DNA of 64,000 nt from Candidatus Latescibacterota bacterium (GTDB lineage Bacteria > Latescibacterota > UBA2968 > UBA8231), in contig OZ242214.1 of the NCBI GenBank assembly GCA_965206595.1, positions 5,024,001 through 5,088,000 on the forward strand, given 5' to 3'. Below the pieces are notes generated by a model that saw nothing but the letters and a program-made list of their open reading frames with translations, made no database searches and was not told the DNA's origin. Shown here one piece after another: positions 40,476 to 49,090 of this stretch. Positions within the stretch are counted from its first letter, which is position 1, and the number at the start of each line of letters is the position of its first letter. A program made the position numbers and the translations under genes.

Positions 40476-41715
40476 TGCCTTTCGTCCCAGTTGCCGGCCG
40501 GATGGTGAACCGCCTGCTCGGTAAAACCTCTTCGACGAGACAGCCCGCCTCACCCTCTGCGAAACGCAGCCGCAGGCGGTCCCCGGGAATCAGGTCGCCG
40601 CCGCGGCTCACGGGCAGTCCGCTTCCGGCACGTGAACAGTAGGCATATCCACGCGACAACCCGACGAGGGGATCGGTCGATTTCAGCCGCAGAACGGAGG
40701 TCCGGAACCGGGCCCCCGTTTTTATCAAGTGTCGGTCCAGGGCCTCGGCGAGCCGGCCGCGCATCTCATCCAGGCCCTGTTCCGACTGCCCAAAGCGCCC
40801 GCGCAGGGCATCCAGCAAGCGCTCGGGGCCGCGGTCTTCCAGGCGCCGCCGGGATCCGGCGAGACCTTCGCGCATTACCCGCAACAGATCCTTGGTACGA
40901 GCGGCAACTTGCCGCCGCAGCTCCATCTGGTCGGGGGTTGCCAGCTCCGCGGCTGCGGAAGGGGTTGGTGCGCGGATATCCGCAACGTAATCGGCGATCG
41001 TGTAGTCGATCTCGTGGCCGACCGCAGACACCACCGGAACCTTGGAGTCATGGATCGCGCGAGCCACAACTTCCTCGTTGAATGGCCAGAGGTCCTCCGG
41101 CGATCCTCCGCCGCGACCGACGATCAATACATCCGCTTCGGAATGGGCGTTCAGATCGGCGATGCCATTTGCGATTGCCTGGGCGGCTCCGGGGCCCTGT
41201 ACCCGTGACGGGCGCAGCACGATCTGCACTCCCGGTGAGCGCCGCTGCACGATCTGAAGAATATCCCTTATCGCGGCTCCGCGGGCAGAGGTTACAACGC
41301 CTACACACCGCGGGAAGCGGGGAAGGGGTTTCTTCCGTTCCTCCGCAAACAGGCCCTCGGCTTCGAGGCGGGCGCGCAGGCGCTCGAAAGCGACCGCCAT
41401 TTCCCCGACCCCGACCGGCTGCACCCAGTACACCTGCAACTGGTAGCGCCCTCCGCGCTCGTAGACCGAGACGTTTCCGTAGACAAGCAGCTGCACACCG
41501 GGCTCGGGAATAAAGCTCAGCTCGCGGGCGTAAAATCGAAACATCACGCAACTGACCTGACTCGACTCGTCTCGCAGCGTCCAGTAGCAATGCCCCGACG
41601 AGGCACGCGAAAAATCGGATACCTCCCCGATGACCCACCCTATCTCCAGCGACTCTTCAAGGACGCTTTTTACCCGCGCCGTGATCTCCGAGACCGTCAG
41701 GGCCCGGTTCGCCAT
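40468..41715 (-). CDS. xseA: exodeoxyribonuclease VII large subunit
   Basis: SGHCYWTLRD, GAAIRD, RGGGS.EDLW.FN, SAVGHE.D, TPSAAAE. Confidence 0.96.
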   Translation of the reverse strand: MANRALTVSEITARVKSVLEESLEIGWVIGEVSDFSRASSGHCYWTLRDESSQVSCVMFRFYARELSFIPEPGVQLLVYGNVSVYERGGRYQLQVYWVQPVGVGEMAVAFERLRARLEAEGLFAEERKKPLPRFPRCVGVVTSARGAAIRDILQIVQRRSPGVQIVLRPSRVQGPGAAQAIANGIADLNAHSEADVLIVGRGGGSPEDLWPFNEEVVARAIHDSKVPVVSAVGHEIDYTIADYVADIRAPTPSAAAELATPDQMELRRQVAARTKDLLRVMREGLAGSRRRLEDRGPERLLDALRGRFGQSEQGLDEMRGRLAEALDRHLIKTGARFRTSVLRLKSTDPLVGLSRGYAYCSRAGSGLPVSRGGDLIPGDRLRLRFAEGEAGCLVEEVLPSRRFTIRPATGTKGND

Positions 41716-42533
41716 CACTCTCCCTCGTCGTCCGGAGGCCCGGGGGCTTTTTGGCTCTCCGCAATCTGCAGGCGCTCGATGCCGCAGGCGCGGCCGTCGG
41801 CCTCATCGATGTCGATTACGGCGCCGCAGAAGACCGCCCTGCCTTCTGCTGGCTTGAAGCGTGTCGGCACCTGCTCGACGAAGCGTTTGACGGCGATTTC
41901 GGGTCGTGTACCGATCACCGAATCCTGGACCCCTGTCATCCCCGCGTCCGTGATGTAGGCTGTTCCTCCAGAGAGCACTCGTTCGTCTGCCGTCTGAACA
42001 TGAGTGTGGGTGCCGATTACAGCCGAGGCGATTCCGTCGAAATAGTGGCCGAGAGCGACCTTTTCCGCTGTCGCTTCGGCGTGAAAGTCGACGAACACTA
42101 CGGGGGTCTCTCTTTTCAACCGCTCGACTTCCGCCCGCCCGAGCACGAAGGGGCAGTTAATGGTGGGCATGAATGTCCGCCCCTGCAGATTGACGACGGC
42201 CACGGGCGTTCCGGACTTCGCGGTGACGATTGTCGACCCGGACCCCGGAGCCTCCCTGGGATAATTGAACGGCCTGAGCACCCTGTCCGACGTGGACAGA
42301 AAACGGGAAAATTCGGAACGGTTCCAGATGTGATTACCCGAGGTTATGACATCCACCCCGTAACTGTGCAGCTTGCGGGTGATGGTTTCGGTCATTCCGA
42401 ACCCGCCGGCGGCATTCTCGCCGTTGGCAATGCACAGATCGATTTCGCGCTCGCGCACAAGCCGGGGGATGACATCAGCCGCCACTCGTCTCCCGGGCAT
42501 GGCGTAGATGTCGGCTGCGAAAAGGATTCTCAA
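41715..42533 (-). CDS. ymdB: YmdB/TIGR00282 metallophosphoesterase
   Basis: NGENAAGG, TSGNH, DFHAEATAEK, GTHTHVQTAD, DAGMTG. Confidence 0.93.
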   Translation of the reverse strand: MRILFAADIYAMPGRRVAADVIPRLVREREIDLCIANGENAAGGFGMTETITRKLHSYGVDVITSGNHIWNRSEFSRFLSTSDRVLRPFNYPREAPGSGSTIVTAKSGTPVAVVNLQGRTFMPTINCPFVLGRAEVERLKRETPVVFVDFHAEATAEKVALGHYFDGIASAVIGTHTHVQTADERVLSGGTAYITDAGMTGVQDSVIGTRPEIAVKRFVEQVPTRFKPAEGRAVFCGAVIDIDEADGRACGIERLQIAESQKAPGPPDDEGE

Positions 42534-42549
42534 TGCGGGGACGGCGGAG

Positions 42550-44112
42550 TCAGCGGGCGAAATGAACCGCGCGCACCTCTCGTATCAGGCAGACTTTGAT
42601 CTGGCCCGGCTGTCCGAGTTCTTCCTCGAGGGTCTCGGTGATCTCGTCGACCAACTGGTCGGCATAAGTATCGTCGACTGCGGCGCTGTCGACCAGAACC
42701 CGAACTTCTCTTCCGTTTTGAAGGGCATAGGCGGTTCTGACGCCGGGATTGGCGCTGGCGATCTCCTCGATCTCCCGCAGGCGTCGCACGTAATCCTCCG
42801 CCTTGTCCTTGCGGGCACCTGGCCGGCTGGTCGAAATCTCATCCGCTGCCTTGACGATTATAGCAATCGCAGAACGGGTAGGTATCTCGAGATCGTGAGT
42901 CTCGATTACCTCGACAACTTCCGGGCTTTCCCCGCACTTGCGTGCCAGGGCGCCGTTCGACTGGGCGCTGTCGGCGCCGACCTGGGAATCCAGCGCCTTG
43001 CCGATGTCGTGCAGAAGTCCGGCACGGCGCGCCAGGCTGGCGTCGATTTCGAGGCGCTCCGCCATGGTGCCTGCGAGCATGCCGACTTCCTGGCAATGAA
43101 CCAGTAGGTTCTGGCCGTAGCTGGAAAGGAATCTCAACTTGCCGAGAAGTTCGAGCAGCGGTTCGGCCATGTCGTGGATGCCGAGATCGAAGGCCGCTTT
43201 GGATCCCGACTCGCGAATCATCTCCTCTACGTCCTCGCGAGCTTTCTCGTACGCCTCCTCGATGCGCCCGGGGTGAATGCGGCCATCGAGGATGAGCTTT
43301 CCCAGAGTGTTCCTCGCCACCTCGCGGCGCAGCGGATCAAAACTGGAGAGCATAACGATTCCTGGCGTATCGTCGACGATGACCTCGACACCAGTGATCA
43401 TGTCGAAAGAGCGAATGTTTCGGCCGTCGCGACCGATGATGCGCCCCTTCATCTCTTCCGAGGGAAGGTTGACAACGGAGACCGTGCTCTCCCGCGCCAA
43501 CTCTCCCGCATAGCGCTGAATGGACCGAGAAATGATCTCCTTGGCTTCGCGATTCGCCATCGCCACGGCCTCGTCCTTGATCTCGCGAACCTTGCGCGCG
43601 GCGAACTGGCGCGCGCTGTCTTCCTCCTGCTCGATGAGCATGGTCCTGACTTCGGCTTGGCTCAGGCCCGCCAATTCTTCAAGAAGACGCCCCTGCTCGC
43701 TGACGCGTTCGTTTACTCTTTCTTCTTTCGCCTCGATATTTTCCTCGCGCCGCGACAGCTCCTTCTCTGTCTTCAGAAGACTCCGCTCCTTGCTTTCCAG
43801 CACGTCGACCTTGCGATCCAGCTGGCGTTCCCGCTCCAACAGGCCGGTCTCCAGTTCCCGCAGCGATCGTTTGGAGTTTTCGATTTCGCGCTCCATGGGC
43901 TCGCGCTCCCGCCGCCATTCGTCTTTGGCTTCGAGCGCTGCGGTTTTCTTCATCGACTCGACCTCTGCTCTCGCTTCCTCGACGATGCCCTGATCTCTTT
44001 CCTGGGCATCGGCGGCCCTTCCACGCCGCAGGCGACCATTTACAATCCACCCGATCACGGCACCGACCACCACCAATCCAAGAGCCGACACTATGGCGCC
44101 TGCCATAACCAT
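42550..44112 (-). CDS. rny: ribonuclease Y
   Basis: N-terminal TM, coiled coil, KH domain (KGRIIGRDGRNIR), HD domain (LLHDIGK), RPGAR. Confidence 0.95.
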   Translation of the reverse strand: MVMAGAIVSALGLVVVGAVIGWIVNGRLRRGRAADAQERDQGIVEEARAEVESMKKTAALEAKDEWRREREPMEREIENSKRSLRELETGLLERERQLDRKVDVLESKERSLLKTEKELSRREENIEAKEERVNERVSEQGRLLEELAGLSQAEVRTMLIEQEEDSARQFAARKVREIKDEAVAMANREAKEIISRSIQRYAGELARESTVSVVNLPSEEMKGRIIGRDGRNIRSFDMITGVEVIVDDTPGIVMLSSFDPLRREVARNTLGKLILDGRIHPGRIEEAYEKAREDVEEMIRESGSKAAFDLGIHDMAEPLLELLGKLRFLSSYGQNLLVHCQEVGMLAGTMAERLEIDASLARRAGLLHDIGKALDSQVGADSAQSNGALARKCGESPEVVEVIETHDLEIPTRSAIAIIVKAADEISTSRPGARKDKAEDYVRRLREIEEIASANPGVRTAYALQNGREVRVLVDSAAVDDTYADQLVDEITETLEEELGQPGQIKVCLIREVRAVHFAR

Positions 44113-44123
44113 GTTCAAGGGAT

Positions 44124-44534
44124 CTATGAGTCTTCCCGGGCGGGATCCGCCTCGGCAGCGGGAGCATGCTGCCGGTCCCATCCAGCATCTGCTTGCCGTT
44201 CAACCACTGTATCGGAGGGCCAGCGAGGACCGACATCCTGCAACAGCTTGCCGAGACTCGAGGTCAGGCGAGAGGTGCGCATGGCTATATCGGCCTCCGT
44301 CGACTGGTAGCGCTGGCGGAGACCGAAAAGCTCGTCGATCAGCTCGAGGGAGGCGATAATCGCCGTATGCCAGGGGGTGCGGGAACCCTGGGCCGATTGC
44401 ACGCGCCGCAATCTCTCGTCGACCAGGGCAGCTATTTCCGCGATCTGCCGGGACGTCATGTCGTCGCTGCCGGCAAAGGTATACTTCCGGTCCAGAATGT
44501 CGACAACCACCCCGCCGCTGTGATCGCTATCCAT
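44124..44534 (-). CDS. zapA: cell division protein ZapA
   Basis: VDILDRKY…IAALVDERL…AIIASL..IDEL; conserved pheT-zapA-rny synteny. Confidence 0.8.
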   Translation of the reverse strand: MDSDHSGGVVVDILDRKYTFAGSDDMTSRQIAEIAALVDERLRRVQSAQGSRTPWHTAIIASLELIDELFGLRQRYQSTEADIAMRTSRLTSSLGKLLQDVGPRWPSDTVVERQADAGWDRQHAPAAEADPAREDS

Positions 44535-44584
44535 CGATACTCCTCGGGGAAGGGGGCGTCACCTATTCCCAGAGAAAATTGGAT

Positions 44585-44863
44585 CTATTCCGCTGCCTCT
44601 GGATGCTCAACTGCAACCTGCTCGAGACGGGCAAGGATTTCCTGGATTTTCTCCCTTACCTGCTCGCGATCCACCGTCGCCTGGTGGTTCTCTTCATCGG
44701 ACTTCGCGAGCCGGGCCTTCAACTCTTCGATCTCGACCTTGAGCAATTCACCGGCTTCCACCTGCGCCCGAAGCGTCTCGTTTTCCTGCCGGAACTGCTC
44801 CAACACCCCGAGGAGGCGATCCACCTCACTTTCAAGGCGCCTGAAATTGCCATCTACTCCCAT
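44585..44863 (-). CDS. ZapB-like coiled-coil protein
   Basis: Pure coiled coil between pheT and zapA. Confidence 0.7.
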   Translation of the reverse strand: MGVDGNFRRLESEVDRLLGVLEQFRQENETLRAQVEAGELLKVEIEELKARLAKSDEENHQATVDREQVREKIQEILARLEQVAVEHPEAAE

Positions 44864-47265
44864 CCCGTTCGTTTCTCCTGTCTTGAACGCAACCTGACAC
44901 CGAAGGCTCCCCCCAACTGCACCAGCACCCGCGCGATGACCTCGTCCGCCTCTCGATCCTGCATGGTCCGCTCCGGGGAGCGTAAAAGCAGGTTGAAGGC
45001 AAGACTCTTTTCACCTGACGCTACCTGGTCGCCGGTGTAGACATCGAACAACTCGACGGATTCGATCAACTTCGGATCGACCTGCCGGACAGCCGCGATG
45101 ACATCCCCTGCCGGAACCGAGGCATCCAACACGATCGCCAGATCGCGTTCGATCGGGGGAAACTTCGGAGGCGGCTGAAAGGCAGCTTCGCGCGCCCTGC
45201 AAGCCGTCGCCAATACCTCGAAATCCAGTTCAAAAATATACACTGGTTCGGGCAGATCAAATGCTTCTCGAAGGTCGCGGCTGCACTCTCCGAAATTTCC
45301 CGCCGGCTCCCCGCCTATGGTCACTTCAGCACAATGTCCGACCCGCATCAGGGGATGCGCTCCGCTGTGAACCCCCGGGTCCAAATCCTCCGTTGCCGAC
45401 TCGATCAAACCTTTGAGGTCGAGAAAATCCACCTGCCGACGCTCACCCCGCCAAGAGGAACGCGTTCCAAGGCCGAACCACAGTCCCCCTAATCGCAGCC
45501 TTTCTGCATGCCGGGAACCGGCGTGATTATCGCCTTCCAAAAAACATTTTCCTAGCTCGAACATGCAAACAGTGTGAGCGCGATGGTTGAAATTGCGGCG
45601 CGCGACATCCGCGAGGCTGGGTATCAGGGAAGAACGCAACAGGTCGCTGGCGGTCGCCGGATTTGCCAGTACCGGTGCAGATGGCAACCGATCCCATGAG
45701 ATCCAACCGCCGTCAACGATGGTGCTGGTAACTACCTCGTCGGCCCCTGCCGCGGCCATTCGCTGACGGAACTCCTTTTGCATCTCGAAGTGGCTCATGA
45801 CCCCGCTTTCGAGCGGACCCTGAAGAGTACTGCTCGCTTCGATGCGGTCGTACCCGTAAATACGGCCTACCTCTTCAACCAGATCGACCTCGCGCTGCAG
45901 ATCGGGGCGAAAACCAGGGACCGTGACCTGCAAGGAGTCACCCTCAAGGTCGACGTCGCACCCCAGCAGTTCAAGAATTCGCCTGCATTCCCGCGCCTGC
46001 AATCGGGTGGACAACAGGGCATTCGCCCGCTTAGTGCGTAGCGGAATCCTTTGCCGCTGCAGGGGAAAGGGGTAGGCATCGATACGACCTGGAGCGACGC
46101 GGCCCCCCGTCAACTCGGCGAGCAAACCCGCAGCCCGGTCGCTTGCCACAGGCGGCAACTCCCAGTCGGTTCCGCGCTCGAAGCGTGCAGATGCCTCCGT
46201 GCTCAGGCCCAGCCGACGTGCGCCTGCTCGCACCTTTTCCGGCGAAAAATAGGCCGCCTCCAGAAGGATGTCGGTTGTCCGGCCGGTCACCTCCGTCGCC
46301 GCACCTCCCATGATGCCGGCGAGGGCGATCGGCCGCTGGCGGTCGGCAATAACCAACACGCTGCCATCGAGGTCGCCGTCGCTGCCGTCCAGCAACCACA
46401 GCCGCTCTCCGATGCACGCCCGGCGAACCACCACGGCCCCGGCGGGTATCGTCGCAAGGTCGAAAGCGTGAAGGGGTTGTCCAAGTTCGAGCATCGCGAA
46501 GTTGGTCACGTCAACGACGTTGTTGACAGGACGCATTCCCACCGCGTTCAGGCGGCGCTGCATCCACTCGGGAGAGGGGCCGATTTCAACACCGCGCACG
46601 ACCCGGCAAACGTAGCGCGGGCAGCCTTCCGCATCTTCGATCACGACGCTGGCCGAAGCTGTAATTGGATCTCCCGATTCGGTAGGAGCCTTTCCGGGCA
46701 ACCTGAGTTCGGCTCCGCTGAGAGCTCGTATCTCCCTTGCGATCCCGACGACGGAGAGGCAGTCGGGCCGGTTTGGGGTAACCTCGAATTCTACGACCAC
46801 ATCATCGAGTCCGACCGCCTCGGCGAACGGGGCTCCTATCCGGCAAACGTCCGAAAGCACGAGGATACCGTCGGCCTCGGTCCCGAGATCGAGCTCAACC
46901 TCCGAACAGATCATTCCCTCCGACTCCACTCCCCTGATGCGGGTTCGCTCTATAACAGTGCCGTCCGGAAGGGTGTGTCCCGCAAGGATCACCGCGACTT
47001 TCTGTCCAGGGGCGACGTTGGGAGCACCGCAGACTATGGTCGCTCGGGTGGCCTCGCCGATGTCAACCTGGCAGACGCTCAGCATGTCGGCCCGGGGGTG
47101 TCGAGAGCGGGAAGTTACATGTCCGACGACAACACCGGAGTAGCGCTCGCCGAGGTCTTCCAGGGATTCGGATTCCAGACCGGACATGGTGAGGCGCTTT
47201 TCGAGCTCGGCCGCGTCCCAGTCGAAGTCGATGTACTCCCGGAGCCAATTGAGGGTGACTTTCAA
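44854..47265 (-). CDS. pheT: phenylalanine--tRNA ligase beta subunit
   Basis: IVCGAPNV, TPNRPDCLS, VDVTN, RFERG, FDVY.G. Confidence 0.97.
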   Translation of the reverse strand: MKVTLNWLREYIDFDWDAAELEKRLTMSGLESESLEDLGERYSGVVVGHVTSRSRHPRADMLSVCQVDIGEATRATIVCGAPNVAPGQKVAVILAGHTLPDGTVIERTRIRGVESEGMICSEVELDLGTEADGILVLSDVCRIGAPFAEAVGLDDVVVEFEVTPNRPDCLSVVGIAREIRALSGAELRLPGKAPTESGDPITASASVVIEDAEGCPRYVCRVVRGVEIGPSPEWMQRRLNAVGMRPVNNVVDVTNFAMLELGQPLHAFDLATIPAGAVVVRRACIGERLWLLDGSDGDLDGSVLVIADRQRPIALAGIMGGAATEVTGRTTDILLEAAYFSPEKVRAGARRLGLSTEASARFERGTDWELPPVASDRAAGLLAELTGGRVAPGRIDAYPFPLQRQRIPLRTKRANALLSTRLQARECRRILELLGCDVDLEGDSLQVTVPGFRPDLQREVDLVEEVGRIYGYDRIEASSTLQGPLESGVMSHFEMQKEFRQRMAAAGADEVVTSTIVDGGWISWDRLPSAPVLANPATASDLLRSSLIPSLADVARRNFNHRAHTVCMFELGKCFLEGDNHAGSRHAERLRLGGLWFGLGTRSSWRGERRQVDFLDLKGLIESATEDLDPGVHSGAHPLMRVGHCAEVTIGGEPAGNFGECSRDLREAFDLPEPVYIFELDFEVLATACRAREAAFQPPPKFPPIERDLAIVLDASVPAGDVIAAVRQVDPKLIESVELFDVYTGDQVASGEKSLAFNLLLRSPERTMQDREADEVIARVLVQLGGAFGVRLRSRQEKRTGWE

Positions 47266-47317
47266 AACTCAGCTCGCAGTCGCAGTCGCGCATGGCGACC
47301 GCCGGAAACAAAACCTT

Positions 47318-48331
47318 TCAGGACTGGCGCGTGAACCGCAGGTCGTTTTCGAGAAACAGGCGGATATCCCCGATGCCGCGGCGAATCATCTCGATGCGCT
47401 CGAAACCGAGCCCAAAAGCGAACCCGGTGTATACCTCAGGGTCATATCCAACAGCCTCGAACACGTTTGGATCGACCATGCCGGCTCCGCCGATTTCGAT
47501 CCAGCCGGTACCTTTGCAAACGCGGCAGGTGCGCTGCTCCCCCCCGCACAAACTGCAGGAGAAATCGCACTCGACGCTAGGTTCGGTAAAGGGGAAGAAG
47601 TGGGGCCTCAGCCTGGTCTGGATGCCCTCTCCCAAAATGCCGCGACCGATCGCCGTCAAGGTGCCCTTCAAGTCGGCCATTGAGACCCCCTTGTCGACGT
47701 ATAGCCCCTCGATCTGGTGGAACACCATGTGGTGGGTGGCGTCGATGCTGTCGCGCCGGTAGCAGCGGCCCGGACAGACGATTCGGACCGGGGGACTCAT
47801 CTGCTCCATGACCCGTATCTGCACGGTCGAGGTCTGTGTTCTGAGCAGATCGCCGTTCTTGAGGTAGATAGTAGCATGAAGGTCCCGGGCGGGGTGATTC
47901 GCCGGGGTGTTGAGGGCGTCGAAGTTGTGGTACTCATCCTCGATTTCGGGACCTTCGGCGATGGCGAATCCCATATCCCGAAGAATGCCGATTACCTCGT
48001 CGGCGACGCGGGTCAGCGGATGCAGTTTGCCGGTTGCCGGCCGCCTGCCTGGGAGCGTAACATCGACGCCTTCAGCCGCGTCGCTTTCCTCTTCGAGCTG
48101 GCGCTGCCGCGATTCCAAGGCTTGTTCGATCGCGGACCGAAGCTCACCGCTGGCCTGTCCGACGGCGGGTCGTTGATCTGCAGGCAGGGATCCGATGCTG
48201 CTCATGATCTCGCGCATTCGGCTCCTGCGGCCCGTGAGCTGAACCCGGACCTCCTCAAGGGCATTGACGTCCCTCGCCGAGGCGATCACCTCTTCAGCAT
48301 GCGCTTTCAGTATCTCGATCTCATTCAGCAT
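47318..48331 (-). CDS. pheS: phenylalanine--tRNA ligase alpha subunit
   Basis: NFDALN.P..HPAR, FHQIEG, FFPFTEPS, GFAFGLG.ER. Confidence 0.97.
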   Translation of the reverse strand: MLNEIEILKAHAEEVIASARDVNALEEVRVQLTGRRSRMREIMSSIGSLPADQRPAVGQASGELRSAIEQALESRQRQLEEESDAAEGVDVTLPGRRPATGKLHPLTRVADEVIGILRDMGFAIAEGPEIEDEYHNFDALNTPANHPARDLHATIYLKNGDLLRTQTSTVQIRVMEQMSPPVRIVCPGRCYRRDSIDATHHMVFHQIEGLYVDKGVSMADLKGTLTAIGRGILGEGIQTRLRPHFFPFTEPSVECDFSCSLCGGEQRTCRVCKGTGWIEIGGAGMVDPNVFEAVGYDPEVYTGFAFGLGFERIEMIRRGIGDIRLFLENDLRFTRQS

Positions 48332-48462
48332 TGCCTGACTCCACCGCGGCGCACCAGCGGCTACATCACCGGAAACACCATCGGCTCGGTCGGAATGATT
48401 GTAATCCGCGGAACGTCGCGAGTCGCTAGGGGCTCGGAGTCGACGCCCCACAGGATCGCGAC

Positions 48463-48816
48463 CTACAGGTGTGACTTGGCCTCTTCGACGATCGACGCAA
48501 ATGCGCCAGGATCGCGAACGGCCAGATCAGCGAGGATTTTGCGGTTTACGGCGATGTCGGCCCGGGAAAGGCCGTTCATCAATTGACTGTAAGAAAGTCC
48601 ATGAAGACGCGCAGCGGCATTGATACGGGTTATCCAAAGACGGCGGAAATCGCGCTTGCGATTGCGCCGATCGCGGTAGGCGTATGCCTGGGCGCGATTC
48701 ACCGCCTCTCTGGCAGTTCTGAACAGACGTCCGCGGGCTCCGAAGTACCCCCTGGCCAGTTTCAGGACCTTTTTCCGGCGCCGTCTCGAAGCGACGCTGT
48801 TCTTAGCGCGGGGCAT
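48463..48816 (-). CDS. rplT: 50S ribosomal protein L20
   Basis: [26 protein letters not shown]. Confidence 0.98.
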   Translation of the reverse strand: MPRAKNSVASRRRRKKVLKLARGYFGARGRLFRTAREAVNRAQAYAYRDRRNRKRDFRRLWITRINAAARLHGLSYSQLMNGLSRADIAVNRKILADLAVRDPGAFASIVEEAKSHL

Positions 48817-48819
48817 AAG

Positions 48820-49017
48820 CTACTTCATCCCCAAGGAACGCCTGACGTTGACGCTGTCGGCAGCGGAGACTGGGAAGTTCTGTCGCAATTCCCGTTTTCG
48901 CTTCGTGGATCGCTTGCGCAGCATATGGGTGCCATATGCCTTCTGTCGCTTCAGATTGGAACCACCGCGCCTTTTGAAGCGCTTGGCGGAAGATCTGTGT
49001 GTCTTGAGCTTGGGCAT
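48820..49017 (-). CDS. rpmI: 50S ribosomal protein L35
   Basis: MPKLKTHRSSAKRFK. Confidence 0.97.
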   Translation of the reverse strand: MPKLKTHRSSAKRFKRRGGSNLKRQKAYGTHMLRKRSTKRKRELRQNFPVSAADSVNVRRSLGMK

Positions 49018-49050
49018 TTTCCAGAGTTCGTCGCTATAGGGGAATTTCCA

Positions 49051-49079
49051 AATATAGACGGCCTGCTCCCACCCGGCAA
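49051..49079 (-). promoter_or_regulatory. sigma-70-type promoter for rpmI
   Basis: Minus strand TTGCCG-N17-TATATT, about 35 bp upstream of the rpmI ATG; overlaps hairpin 49072-49089. Confidence 0.55.
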
Positions 49080-49090
49080 GAACGCCGGGG

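Noticed and set aside
44113-44230. Expected 6S RNA after zapA
   Set aside because: zapA reads to within 11 bp of the rny start; no separate rod-like RNA was recognisable.
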